Shown here piece by piece: positions 1 to 13,674 of a DNA stretch of 64,000 nt. How positions within the stretch are numbered: the stretch's first letter is position 1; each line of letters opens with the position of its first letter. A program made the translations under genes and the position numbers. The DNA is from Podarcis gaigeae (taxonomy: Eukaryota): the NCBI GenBank assembly GCA_964106915.2, contig OZ066924.1, one strand, 5' to 3'. The notes under the pieces are model-generated. The model saw only the letters and a program-made list of their open reading frames with translations, had not been told where the DNA came from and did not search any database.

Positions 1-276
1 GGAAGAGTTCAGAGGGCCAGATAGGTCTAGATAGGTTGTGGTCTGAGGTTCCCCAAACATTGGCTTAGCTGAAACTGCAGAGATCAAGCCTGTCCTCTAT
101 CTAGCCCATGTGTGCACTTTCTCAAATGAGCCACAGGTTCTCTTAAGATACGGACAGGATGGAAAGAGATTGCCCCAAATGTAGTTTTTAACGTGACTGC
201 AGGAATGCTTATATGATGGGTTGCTTTAAAACGAATCGCAGGAACATTATGAAGAATCAAAGCAATATTGTGTTCA

Positions 277-600
<324 letters not shown>

Positions 601-1441
601 CTATAGATCAAATAAGCTTGCGTGCCCCAGAGGAGAGGAATATGGCAATTTATTTGAAATAGTGAAACTGAAGACGGTTCACGCTCAGTCTCCCCTGCTT
701 CCCCCACCCCCCGTCTAATTTTTTTGCTCTCTCGATCCAAGAGTCTACAACTGATTTGTTGTTATATCAGTTGTGCCTCTAATCTAAAACAACAAATTCT
801 TAAGAGCAATCCTCTCTTTCTTCATTGGCTGGGCACTTTAGAGAGGTCGCAAGCAGCTTAGCAGAGGTCAACCCCTGGGAAACAAAGGCCAGATAATGTC
901 ACATGACCTCACCAATGGGACTGCAGCTGTGAACAGATTCTATGGCTGGCTAATGTGTTCCAGACACCTTTGCTGGATAACCACACTGACCAAATGTTTT
1001 TAAAGCCAGCCGAGCTCTTTAAAGCTATGGCAGTTCACTGTCGGATCAGCAAATCAGAAGAGTGCACCAGGATTTAAAATTCACGAGTGAAAACAAATGT
1101 TGTATGTCTCTTTAACGTCACTCACAACAGCAAATTCATCTCGGATGAAAGCAAAAAGGCAAGTTTAAAATCCTTTGCTGCTACTGTTCTAAACAGAGGG
1201 CGCACTTATCCCACAAGCCAGTTCTACTGGATGGAGCTTCAATGAAGTATTCACTGCCATGGATACTTTAGCTGAGATTCCTGCATTGCAGGGGGTTGGA
1301 CTAGATAGCCTCTGGTGTCCCTTCCAACTCTACAATTCTGTGATTCTATGAACTCTATGGCCAGGGATGAGGATGGGAGATGGACTCCCATCAACAGCTT
1401 TCCCATACCTTCTACAGACCATGGACATTTCCACAAGCATA

Positions 1442-1667
1442 CAGTGGTACCTCGGGTTAAGTACTTAATTCGTTCCGGAGGTCCGTTCTTAACCTGAAAC
1501 TGTTCCTAACCTGAAGCACCACTTTAGCTAATGGGGCCTCCCGCTGCTGCCGCGCCGCCGGAGCACGATTTCTGTTCTCATCCTGAGGTAAAGTTCTTAA
1601 CCTGAAGCACTATTTCTGGGTTAGCGGAGTCTGTAACCTGAAGCGTATGTAACCCGAGGTACCACTG
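1442..1667. mobile_element. Tc1/mariner (Tigger-like) MITE
   Basis: TIR CAGTGGTACCTCGGGTTA, TA TSD; same family as 13902, 14166 and 24142. Confidence 0.9.
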
Positions 1668-1718
1668 TACTAGGAAAGCCCACCAGAAATGGTTCACCAG
1701 GTAGGTTTCTTGTTTTAC

Positions 1719-1866
1719 CTCAACATACATCCTTTGCCAGGCTTCCAGAATTGCCGCTGCTTTGTCTTCATTCCAGTTGATGTGCGAAACATACTCATAC
1801 CCCTTGAAGTGCTCGTACATTTGCTTAGGAGTCATTAACTGAAACATGGTTTGTAAAGCCTGGGCA
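1719..1866 (-). CDS. PTCH1: PTCH1 exon 8 (148 bp, [20 protein letters not shown]...AWQRMYVE)
   Basis: Pyrimidine tract plus CAG acceptor, GTAAAA donor; 148 bp; ORF track 1578..1967. Confidence 0.98.
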
Positions 1867-3426
1867 CTGCAAGAGGAAGGGAGGTGGGAGCTTAGAAGGA
1901 GGAAAGGGTTTAGGGCAGACATTTTAAACGAAGACATTTTCAGCGCCTGGCGTCCTAAAACGAGCACCTTGAAGGGACCTTTGGCTTCGCAAGGTTGGAA
2001 AAGATCTCTGCTTGAGACCTCGGAAAACTGATGCTCATTGGAAAAGCCAACTCAGGAGCAAGTGGATCAAGGAACTGTTGAAGCAAAAGGCGGCTTGGTA
2101 CGTTAATACGCTTCACCTCATTTCTGCTTCATTTTCATAATGTGTTACTTTATTGTGACTGCAAAACACCTTGAGTGTTTGTCAAAAAGCTGGGGAATAA
2201 ATGCCGGGAAATAAAACAGAATAAAGTCACAAATTATCTTTAGGCTCTGATAGCCACCTGCTTAAAGTCAAATTTGTAACAAATTCTCTGCAAAACAGGA
2301 TGCCAGGCACCTGTGGGAAAACTCTTTTCTTTTTTTGGCTTTTTACTTTTTAAATGCTGTAGCTATAAATATTCGTTGTTCAGATTTTTTATATTAATAT
2401 TGGTATATGTGATTTACTACTTTTAAATATTGCATCGTTTTAAAATAATTTGCATTGTTCGATGTCTCAAATTCATGTTGGAGAAATAAAGCAAATTATA
2501 TATATAAACTGCTACACATGCACTGGAACTTACAAATATTGTGAGATATCTATCAATTTCCCTACTGCCAGAATGGCCAGCTATGGTATTATTGGGGGTC
2601 ACTTTGTTCCAGGGACTAGAACTATTTCACTTACAGTAAGGTTATATCAGTGAAGACAGGATCATTACCTTAAACCAGTCCCCCAATTTTTATATATATG
2701 GCACAGAATACATTTAAATCATGTAAGGTCCATGTAAGTGTACCCTGGGCATACAGTGATGAACATCTGAATGAACCACAAATTCTATTTTCCCAGCTGA
2801 ATTGCTGGAAATCTTTCCATTATTAGATGGTGAAGGATGCTTTCTGGCAACTGTTTCCATAATAAATTGCTTGCTTTTTCTTCTCCTGATCCAAACATAC
2901 ATACATAACTTTATTTGTATACCACCTTTCCACAATTCAAACCATGCTCAAGGCAGCTTACAACATGAAAAAAATACATACGTATTTTTTGCGTATGAAA
3001 GAAATACAGAGGCCTGCTGCTACGGAGACCTTATGAGTGAAGCGTGAGCAAAAGCACTGTGGCTGAAATGTGAACTACACTTTAATTTTGTGTCCTTCCA
3101 AGTTGGCTGAACCCTATTCTGTTGAACCCGTAATAAAGCAGTAACTCTAGATAACCTACAGCCAAAGTGGAACTGCACTGTACAGAAAGCATATATATAT
3201 AACTAGTACAAACTGTCAAAACGTTCAAATAATACGTAGTAAGAAAGATTACTCTAGAAAGCATTTAAATTGTCATGGAAACATTCAGGAAAGAGATTTC
3301 ACGACCTACCATAGACAACCCAGCTTAGCAACACCTTGCCCACAGGTGGCAAAGGTTTTCAAGAGAATTTTATATTTTTTAAAGAGAAAGAAACAGGATA
3401 TATGAGACAAGGCCATTGGTATTTAC

Positions 3427-3548
3427 CTGACAAGTTTCCCAGTACTATTTTTAACTGTGCCACCAATGATCAGCTCTTCCTGCCAATGCATATATTTTTT
3501 GGATAACCCATAGCATCCTCCACTTAAAACAAGGGCCACGTCTAGAGG
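3427..3548 (-). CDS. PTCH1: PTCH1 exon 7 (122 bp, [40 protein letters not shown])
   Basis: TTTAG acceptor and GTAAAT donor; 122 bp; manual translation gives the WQEELI.GG motif. Confidence 0.97.
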
Positions 3549-3734
3549 CTAAAAGGCAAACAAAAGATGTTACAGAACCATAGACCAATAAGAAAGCACA
3601 AGACAATAAAATGAAACAGGACCACTAACATGAATTCAGGGACTCCCCAAAGACAAGTTTGCTAGTACACAGGAATCCTGCAGCAAGCTCTGAAAGGGTT
3701 CAGGGTTAAGCAGTAGTCAGGAACATACTTGAAC

Positions 3735-3946
3735 TGTAAAAATACTTCATATTTACGTGGGGTTATGTTCCGGGGATTGTACCTAAAGCCAAACTGTGTA
3801 GTCAAAACCCCTTGTGTTCAATGACGGGTGAGATTGACAAAGTCATTTTTCAAAGGAACCCTGCCCCCTTTTATTTATTTTTCACTTTTAATTTGCCACA
3901 TGCGTAAAGCTGAAAAGTTAAAACCATGCAAGTTGTGGGCTGACGG
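3735..3946. mobile_element. Older copy of the 45480 MITE, without the nested insert
   Basis: Shares ATTTACG..GGGGTTATGTTCCG, GTCAAAACCC..TTCAATG.CGG, TTTAATTTGCCACATGC and TTGTGGGCT.ACGG. Confidence 0.7.
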
Positions 3947-6236
3947 AAGAAGCACATGTCAAAGACCTTGTCTTTCAGCCATGATTCATTTACATGGCAA
4001 TGTACACCCAGACTGGGTCTTAGGCTTCTAATAAGTGTCAGGACTAAATAACCGTCAGTTATCAAATTAAACATAGTCCTTTGTAATTCTCCCTCCAGTA
4101 AGCACCCTTGGAAAATACAGCTGCCCTATCATCTGGAATATCCATTCTAGTATCCCCCTCACAGTAACACTGGAAATGATATTTGCCATGGAAATGTAAA
4201 GCCCGATCACACTATTCTTTAATTCAGGCAATTAAAACTCCTCTTGAAGTTGTATAATTAATGGTCAGTTGGAATGGACTTGGGCTGGCCAACCGACCCA
4301 GGGAAGTGTAACGGATCTTTAGCACTTTGAATCCCTAGAGAGGTGAACAACAACAGAACTTTGTTCTTTAGCATATATTTTGCTCCTTTGGGTGCAGCAA
4401 CTGGGGACTGTCAACCGAAAACGAAAAATAAAACGTTGAATACTTCATTTCCTTGGTAGCTCCCAGAAAAGGCAGAGAATATGACCGAAACCGCCAGAAC
4501 ATTCTCCATTTACTGAGGGACCAAATAAGAGCACGGTTCTTACTGTTTACATTCATATACCTAGGGAGCCAAGGAATCTGTAAGGTCACATTCCTGTGGC
4601 CTTCCATGGAGGATAGACCTCTGACACTGGACTAAATTGCTCCTGTCTCTAGACTGCAGACCAAACAAAATATGGAGAACTGGAAGCAAGGGAAGGCCCC
4701 ATTTTGCCTTGAAGCTTAGTGACCACAGCAAGGGAGTTCATTCAGTTTCAAATCCTATGCATCTATGGGCACATCAGTATTCTTTTAGGGGCCTTTCTTT
4801 TGTTGCCCCTCAAGTTCTCCTCCAGAAGCATAAATCTCTGCAATGGTGTGCTTTGCAATGGGGGCTGTAGCAGGAGAGGGGCAGAATCAGGCAAAACCAG
4901 CAGGCCACCCTAGTGTGAGTGGAATGACTTCTCTTCACACAAAGGGAGCTCTGGATCCAAGCTACTAAAACCATAAAACAAAGTCAGTTCCACAATCATA
5001 GCTCGGTGACAACTGAATGCAAGACAGTTCTTTTTAACATGCACAACGAATTTGGGATTCTTTCATCCAATAATGCGTGCTTTTAAACCACATTCATTCT
5101 CCTCCCCACTTACCCTCTCTCTGTTCATACACATATGCATGCAAATTTCAAATATTACCACTTACAATGTAAATCAAAAGCAGCCTCTATTATAAAACAT
5201 GTTCCTGAGCCAAAATAGAGAACCAATTCGTAAGAACAGTTGGAGGAAGCTGAACAGGGATACACATTTCACATGGTAGTCGCAGTTAGCACTTAGTGGA
5301 CATAGCTGCTGAACTGCCCTAGTGGCCTCACAGATCTAGTCACTTTGATATCCTAGATTCCCTTGCTTTGCAGGAGGGCATAAACAAAGCTGAAGACAGT
5401 ACTGCATGTCACTACAAACAGCTGGTAAAATCAACACACCCAGGAAGACACTCATACAGAATAGTTTCATCTCTTTCCCAAGATCGCCTATTCCCCCGCT
5501 CGCTCTCTCCTTCTATCATGCCCACATTTGAAAATCCAAAAAGCATAACGCCTATTCAGGAGACACCGGGAGCAACAAGCAAATGAAGATCTGTGGAGAC
5601 AGACAGAAAGCAGTCTGCAACCCATAAACAAACACATGCAATGGAAATTCCAACAGGAGTGCTAAATCAAAATGCAGTGAAGCCATGGTCTGCTTTACAA
5701 AGCTGAAAGGAGTTCTTAAATAAAAATCTTCTCTCTGAGGATGTGAAACAACACTGTAAACAAGACTGGTCAAGACTGTTCTGCCCAGGTGGCAATGCCA
5801 GCCATTTATTTATTTGGCACATTTGCACACAACTCTTCTTCTGCGGAGCTGAAAGTATCACGTCTGAATTCCATTTTATCTTTTTTTGGGTTTTTTGTTT
5901 TCTTTTGTTCTGGAATCCATTTTATGCTTTGTTTATCATATCTTCATTTGCTTCCAGGTTTTTGACTCTTCATCTCAATCACATCATAATCATTTATCAT
6001 TTATCTTATCATGAGGTAGAGACACTTAAAAAAAAAAAAATCAATATGAAAGCTGTTATTATCAGATTTGTAAGAACAGCTGTAGGCAACACATTGCCCA
6101 CATGTACCTATAAAATGGACTTTCAGGAGGTCCATTCCAATTTAAATTTATTTTTGAGGCTGGCTTAGAGGATTGTAGGGTTCCACCATTCCTTCCACAT
6201 TTCCTGAGTTAGCCAACAAAGGCCAAGCTAACTTAC

Positions 6237-6435
6237 TTTGGTTGAATTTTTGTTGGGTGCTGTGATAGGACAGTCAGGATCATCAGGATTCAGGCAAGGT
6301 CGATCCATATACCCATGTCCAACGTCTGCCTTATTCAACATTTCTTCCCAGGTATCTACTTGCGAGTTTATTTTCTTTAACTCCTCCAAGAATTCTAAGG
6401 GGTCAAAGTTGGTCCACTGCAAATGGGGTTTCCCT
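6237..6435 (-). CDS. PTCH1: PTCH1 exon 6 (199 bp, [12 protein letters not shown]...[22 protein letters not shown])
   Basis: TCCAG acceptor and GTAAGT donor; 199 bp; ORF track 6228..6491. Confidence 0.98.
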
Positions 6436-8662
6436 CTGGAGAAACAAAAGAGTAGGAACATAATGGTCAAAAAGGCATCAACAACCTTCACACTGACTCA
6501 CAATATACACTTCTCCCCCTCCCAACCCTCCTTATAAACATCAAAAGCCCAAACTATGGATATAATTCACCCTAATTATGCCCTATTACCTGAGCAGAAC
6601 TTACTCTTGATTCTGCCTATTTTAAACTGTGCTACATGTGATATTCATTCTTCAGTAGCCACTGTTGAAGACGGTTGAGAAATCATATCTTAGGACTGGT
6701 TTCAGACAACAAATTTCTTGTTAATGTGAATAGTCCCACCCATCCCAAAATAAATGTTTTTTTCTATAACATCTGAATGGGGAGGTTACAAATATTACCT
6801 AAATGAAGTTCTAGAACTGCGATGACACTATTGTAGTTGGCTGTGGAATTACAGACACTGAGGTTGGCCGATATTCTTTTATTTCTAACTGCAAACTTCA
6901 TGTTGGGTTCATGTGTATTGCCAGGGATGTTCAAATGGAGAAGAAAATTAATGTCTGATCTTGCCTTTCGATACTTTTAAAATTGGGATTACTGACTTCT
7001 TAGTTACTTTTAAAAGGAGAAAGAATTTCATATCACATAGGAATTGCTTGTCTCTGAATACACGTTTCATACGTAATCAATAAGGTTCTCGCTTTTTTAT
7101 ACTTAATAGTTACTGTGTTCCTTCAAACTCTTGTTAACTTAGCCATCGACTCAAAAATGCCTGAGCACTAGCTGCTGCCACCATCATGACTGTCTTTCTA
7201 TTTCTCCTACCTCCAGTTTTGATTTCATGATGTTGATAGACTATAAAGGCTTTTGGCTGCCTTATTTTGCGGTTCAAACTACTGTATCTGCTTAACGAGG
7301 CTTAAGTCATTATTCAAACTCTCCCAACCAGAAAACACAAACCCCCTTATTCCCCCATCTAAAAAAAAAAAAAAAAAAACACCCCTCTACACTGAAGGTT
7401 AAGAGATGGCCATTGCAAATTGCTTTTACAGAGACATGCAAACCAGGGCAAAGACAATAACACAAAAGCTAAGTCTTGCATAATTAACCAAAAATGTCTA
7501 AACTGATTAAAAATTAACTCTTTGATGGACACATTACGTTACATATAACAATCTTCCAAAAGAGATACCTTGTGCCACTGAACAATCAGATAAACAAAGG
7601 ATTAGTTTCTTCCTGAGATTATTATTTTTAATTCAAGGCGACAATTCACATACTTTCAGCCAAAGAGAACTGTCAGGCCATTGGTACCATTGTACGTTAG
7701 AATTAAAAACAAGGAGGGCACAAAGCTTATTTCCCTCAAAATAACCTTTGTTGCTGCTGGGACATGCGTTCTAAAAGTATGATGGAAGTAGCTTGAAAAC
7801 AGATTCAGATTCAATGCATTCACAGGCATTTGTTTTCAGGATGGTGAAAGTGTTGTGAAACCATTTCCACAACGCTTTAGAAAGTATTCCTGGCCTTGCC
7901 CCACAAAGACAGAGCTGCTCTCTCTTATTTTCCTTTCCTTTCTTGCATGGGAAAAAAGATTAGTGGTTGTTTTCAAGGTTGTTGGCGTTTAGAAGATTTT
8001 TGTGCTAAAATGTGTGAAAAGCTGAAATGTGACAGCACACTTCCTCTGAGAAGAAGCACTGCAAAAACTCAGGACATCTACCAGGAAACCGATTTTCCAG
8101 AAATTTGCATACTTGTTTCCTTTCCACAGCATGCACCTTAAGACACAGGGCACACAAAATGACTGCAGAAAACAACCCTGGAAAACAACCCTCGATAAAG
8201 TTCAAAGCTCAATCACATCAGTGTCAATGCTAAATCGGTTGTTAAAGAGGAAGACTAAAGGTTGCAGATAAAAATTTGTCTGTTGAGATACTATTTATAA
8301 GCTGGTCCATGGTCTTTGTGGAATGGCTCAATCATGAGGCTGCAGCTGAATGCCTGGAGGAAGGAACATCTGATCCAGGATCAGATGCACATGGATGTGA
8401 AACTTTCGTGAAACCACTGCAGCTGTACCCGGGTCTTATGTGACTTCTCCTATGCAGCTACATTCCTGCAGATGGAGAGTCTTGTCTGAACACGCTGTTT
8501 GTCTTGTGACTCCACGTCCATTATTAAGACAAAAGCCTCGTCAAAGTCACATATATCCAACTTCTGATATTTTGTTGCCAGTGCAGCATAAGAGCAAATC
8601 ATAATAACGTGAAAGGCAACCATGCAGTCCAAGCTGGTTTATATTGTAGAAAACAACACTTA

Positions 8663-8758
<96 letters not shown>

Positions 8759-8867
8759 TCAAAGTTAGAAAAAAAGCACACACCAAATTAAGAAACGATA
8801 AAGAGTTCAATGCAAAATTATTATTTACAGAGGAAAGCGTGTGCAGAATACAACGTATTATGTGTAC

Positions 8868-8934
8868 CTTGTCCATGTAACCTTCTGTGATCGGTTCCCC
8901 TGATTTATGGCATAAGTGTTCCAATTTCCATTGT
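8868..8934 (-). CDS. PTCH1: PTCH1 exon 4 (67 bp, QWKLEHLCHKSGEPITEGYMDK)
   Basis: TTGCAG acceptor and GTACA donor; frame continuous with exons 3 and 5. Three nt shorter than the 70-bp mammalian exon. Confidence 0.96.
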
Positions 8935-9233
8935 CTGCAAAAAATTAAGAACAAATCACATCAAAACCATAAATACACACATTTATTTTTTCAATGTCCC
9001 CCACGTAGGTGGTACACCTTTAGAGGAACTGTAAAGCACAGATGAAGCACTTTTAACTCCTGAATAAGGGGCCTGTTGTGCAATGATCAAAACAGGGCAG
9101 TTTTTGTTTGTTACAGAGAATGCTACTTTGTAAACAGGGCTTGAATTGTGCAGGAATGGTTGGGAACCCTCTTTCCGGATGTGTCTGCAGTCAAGTATTC
9201 TGTTCAATGTGGTATGATTGCCTTGCCATCCCC

Positions 9234-9526
9234 ATCGCTCAGCCCAGACACTGAGGTCCAGCTCCGAGGGTCTTCTGCTGGTTCCCTCCCTGCGAGAAGT
9301 GAGGTTACAGGGAACCAGGCACAGGGCCTTCTCGATAGTGGCGCCCTGCCTGTGGAACACCCTCTCTTCAGATGTCAAGGAAATAAACAACTACATGACT
9401 TTTAGAAGACATCTGAAGGCAACTCTGTTTAGGGAAGTTTTTAATGTCTGATGTTTTATTGTGTTTTTACTATTCTGCTGGGAGCCACCCAGAGTGGCTG
9501 GGAAAACCCAGCCAGATGGGCAGGCC

Positions 9527-9583
<57 letters not shown>
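9234..9583 (+). mobile_element. L2-type LINE 3' end with (TAA)n tail
   Basis: Peptide RAFSIVAPCLWNTL...FRRHLKATLF (ORF 9218..9451), followed by the 3' UTR and microsatellite tail. Confidence 0.85.
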
Positions 9584-9584
<1 letters not shown>

Positions 9585-10737
9585 TTGTTTTGCTCATTTG
9601 GAGGTTTATTTTGCAGGCATCATTTTTGCCATGACACAACCTGTCACTCTTCTGGCAAGCTACAATTTGAATTATATTAGTTAACCTCTATGGAGTGGCA
9701 TATGGTGTTGACTTGGTTGTTCAATCAATCCATTTCCTTCACCCTTTGGAAAGAATGAAACTGACTGCACACACAACCCTCTCTCATTTATCAGACACCA
9801 ACTTAAAGACTTTTGAAAAGCAAAACCTGGAATACTGTACTGTAGACAAATTGTTTGGAGTGACTATTATGTTACCAATTGGTGAACACTAAGGACTTTT
9901 TGCTACTTGGAAACCCATTAGTGCGTCAGGCAAAATTTATGCTGCACATTTATCTATGCTGTATCGAAAACAGCTTCTGACTTTGAAATATGACAGACTG
10001 TAAATGCCTCAAGATTAGGTCCAAACCTGTGCTATTAACCTTAACTAAAAACTTTGTTTAGCATCACAGATTTTCATAAGGCAATATTTATATGTCAGCA
10101 TACCCACAAATGAAAAAAAAAAAAAAATAAACAAGAGGGAAGTTCTGTTTTCATTTATATCAATACCAAATCTGTATGAGTACCATAGAGGCATGAACGA
10201 TTATTTTCTGAAACACCTTGTTCAGAGTAACTTCAGACATTTTAAACTAAGGTCAACACCTGGAGATTCCAGGGCGAAAACTAATTCTCGAGGGGCTACC
10301 TATCCCCTTTCCCCCATTGCCAACTGAGATGCTAAATAGGAACCAAGAAAGAGGCATCTGTGGCTAAAAGAATTAGTTAGACAGACAGCCACTGTGAGGC
10401 TGAAGGCACTGGACCATTTCCGCTTGCTTCCTTCAAAGTGGCCCTCCAGGAACATGAGTTGGTGGGAGGGTTGTAAATATTGAAAAGCAGATGTGCAAGT
10501 CCGCTGCAATCCCATTTACTGTACTCCCACTGCATTGCCGAAAGGGGATAGTTGCGCAGCAGAGATGCACATCTGAAGCTTGTGTTATCTCCTCTGCATG
10601 AATTCGTCTTCACGTGTTAACAGCAGGAGAATTCAAAGTGGGACCACGGCACTCCTGCACCTCCTTGTCGGGTCCCAAGCTATTCGTAGTTCCGGGAAGT
10701 TAAAATAACATAGCCTTTTCTCTCCATTCCACCTTAC

Positions 10738-10927
10738 CTGTTGTACATATACACGTGTACCCTGCTGGCTTGAAGTGCAGAATCAAGGTGCTGTCGGAGT
10801 GCTTCTGCTGTGAGCACATTAGCGCAGTCCTCTTGTGGTGTCTGAATCATGAGTTGGGGATTAAACATGGCCTCTTCTCCAATCTTCTGGCGCGTGTAAC
10901 TTAACTCCCGACTCACTCGTCCACCAA
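10738..10927 (-). CDS. PTCH1: PTCH1 exon 3 (190 bp, [29 protein letters not shown]...VYMYNR)
   Basis: CAG acceptor and GTAAG donor; 190 bp. Contains the internal MFNPQ Met (ATG at 10868) used by short isoforms in mammals. Confidence 0.98.
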
Positions 10928-11789
10928 CTGACAGACAAATATTTACAACCTGGGATCAGCCAACAATAACTTACTCTGGATTCACATCCTAAGAGCTCAC
11001 AGGCCACCAATAAACTTTCCCAAATGCATGGAATGTTCTGTAGCCAGTTAAGAACTAAAGCAATTTTAAAGAGAGCTAATTTCATCTACAGTGCAGCAAA
11101 AAGGCAGAAATTCCCCTTTATATAAAAAAATAAATCAATTAATTGTTCCTACTTCACAAACAGAGGTGTGTGTTAAGTTGATTCCTGCTAGACACATGGT
11201 CTTTCAGTATCACACCAAAATTTCCACACGTAGAAAGTTTATTAACAAAGGGGAAAAAAGGAACCTTTTCCTTGCAGACCAGACCAAATATTTCTCTGTT
11301 ACAATTTCTTGCACTTGTATAAACAGTCTGCTGCAATGGCACATTTCAAGATAAATGACTTCAATTTACACTCTTCTCCTAAATAATTTGGCAATGGCAG
11401 AAGGGGAAATGTTTATCTTCCATAAAAAGGAGGTAGGAGGGAAAGAGTAAATGAGCATTAGTATGTCTTGCTGCTGCTAGTTAAAACATAAAAATACTGT
11501 TAAGTTAGGGTCACATAACGGTGCAGTTTCAGAGGAACAGAGTCAGCTACACTTAAGCGATCAATTCCAAGTGTCTAGAATCGCTACAGTGAGCTAGGAT
11601 GTACCAGAATTTGGATTCAAAGGCAAATTTTATCTTTAAAAAGTCAAGAAACCTAACAAGGAGACACATTTATGCAGCCTAAAGGTCTAAAGGAAGCTAA
11701 AATGAAGTCAGAGACTGTGCAATCCTATACAGCTCTACTCAGAAGTCTCATGGTTTTCAGTGGGGCTTACTCCCAGGTATACAGGATTA

Positions 11790-12075
11790 TGATACAATAA
11801 TCTTTATTGTCATCGTCCCATACAGAACAACGAAATTGAAAAAATCTACATCAGACATTCAAAAACCAACAAGTCTGCTATCCCAGCCTGGTTAGCCCCC
11901 CTGGTTAGCCTGGTTAGATCCCCAAAAACTCTGATACCCCATAATTAAATACAATATACTCCCACAGAGACTACCTTACACTGTGTTTAAAACCAAAATC
12001 GCATTTGGTTAGAAACTGCTTCTTAGGCGGCTAGTCCTAGTCTTTATAACCCTGTACCTTCTTCCAGAAGGCAGA
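11790..12075 (-). mobile_element. Rex1/Babar LINE 3' end
   Basis: Minus strand LPSGRRYRVIKTRTSRLRSSF*PNAI (Rex1 C-terminal motif); ends GACAATAAAG. Confidence 0.75.
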
Positions 12076-13082
12076 CTGCAGCCATAGAGGAAGAAAACAA
12101 AAGGAAACTAAAAATAAAATGACAAATTTAATAACAGTCACAACTCGAGAACTGAGACCATGATCCAAAGATGCACTAGGATTGTTCCATCCCCACCTCA
12201 TGCAAAACCATCCCTCCATGGTCTCTAGAATGGCATGTGATGCAGCTGAACAGCAGAGGTAACTGCAGAAACCAGAAGGACCGCTGTCCACAAACTGAAA
12301 TGCACTGTGGGCCACAGCCTCTGTTTTTAAAAAGTAAATGGTTAAAGCAGCTTTTAAACCAGGGATGAGGAACTTGTGGCTCTCCGGATGCTGTCAGGCC
12401 CCACTTTTAATTTATTAATAGAGAGAACAAAGGACACAATTGCTTGTTGATTAAGATGAAACAAAAACATTGGATAATTGGTTTTCACCTTCGGTTTTAA
12501 ATTTTCATCTCAAAAGAATGTGTTTGCAAATAAGCCCCTCGCCTTCACTGCTAGGTAATTTATGCTTATTGTAACAAAGTTTACATTGACATCAGTTCTG
12601 AAGCTTTAATTCGGCTTACAAAGACACCGGTGGAATTTTGATATTCCAACGTACAGTTCACATGACAACAAATCTCTACATCCCCATAGGAACAATACAT
12701 GCTCTGCCATTCCATCTCCAAATCTATACCTTATTTTATTTTTTGGAACTGATGGAATTTAACACTAATTTCAGCCAAGAGGTCCAGTCTTGTGCAAGAC
12801 AAAAGACAGCATTCCTCATCTCTACTGAAAGTGACCAACTGTTTAGTATCAACAGAAATTATTGCTCCTTACTCAAGGTGCTGTCAAACTATATTAATCT
12901 CACTTAACAAGCCAAATTTAGCTAATCAGAATTACATCATAGTCAGCAGGAAAAGCTGTGCTCTTTCCTGTCTCCATAAACCCAGTGAGTGAATAGTGAC
13001 AGATGACTAGGTGGGTTTTAAAAGCATTTTACTCCATGAAAATGAATTTGGTCAATTACGTAGCATTGTATATTTTAGTAGC

Positions 13083-13147
<65 letters not shown>
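13083..13147. repeat. Compound (AT)n(GT)n microsatellite
   Basis: Direct inspection. Other microsatellites: (GAAA)n about 26450-26497, (AAT)n about 52384-52420, (GCC)n about 53684-53704, (GCG)n(GCT)n about 53910-53950. Confidence 0.95.
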
Positions 13148-13674
13148 CGCATAGTGGATTGTTTTTGAGCTTAAAAGCTGTCATGTATTTAAAATTACAT
13201 TTAATACAATTAATTGTATTTAATTGCAATGTAATTGTTCACAGTTCTTTAAAAAGGTGATATAAATGGAATGGAAGTATTGACCCCCCCCTGCAAAAAA
13301 ATACACAAGAATGAAAGAACTATGTGTGAATGCTGTCTTTCCTGTAGTTTTTTTCTTTTAATCCTTAAAGTGTAAAGACCTTATAATGTACTCTCGCATA
13401 GACATCTGCTTGATAATTTTTCCAAACTGTTTTCCCCAAAACTCTGCTCCAGTTTTTCAAAGAACAAAAGACCTCTCCACAAGAAAATGCCACTTTATGT
13501 GACGCCTTTAACATCAATATACACCCAGGCTGACACATCAGCCTCACACGTCTAACACACTCTGATCACCCCAGGAAGACAAGCGAACCTGTACACATAT
13601 TTCTATCCTTTTCTTTCGTCATTCCTAAAAGCTATTCACAAACTATCATGAAGATTCACAATTAAAACCGCTAT

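Noticed and set aside
5743-6168. 141-aa hydrophobic + strand ORF
   Set aside because: Non-ATG start, derived from T-rich low-complexity intron sequence.
10553-10600. Imperfect hairpin downstream of exon 3 (possible miRNA)
   Set aside because: Stem too short and bulged; no recognisable miRNA.
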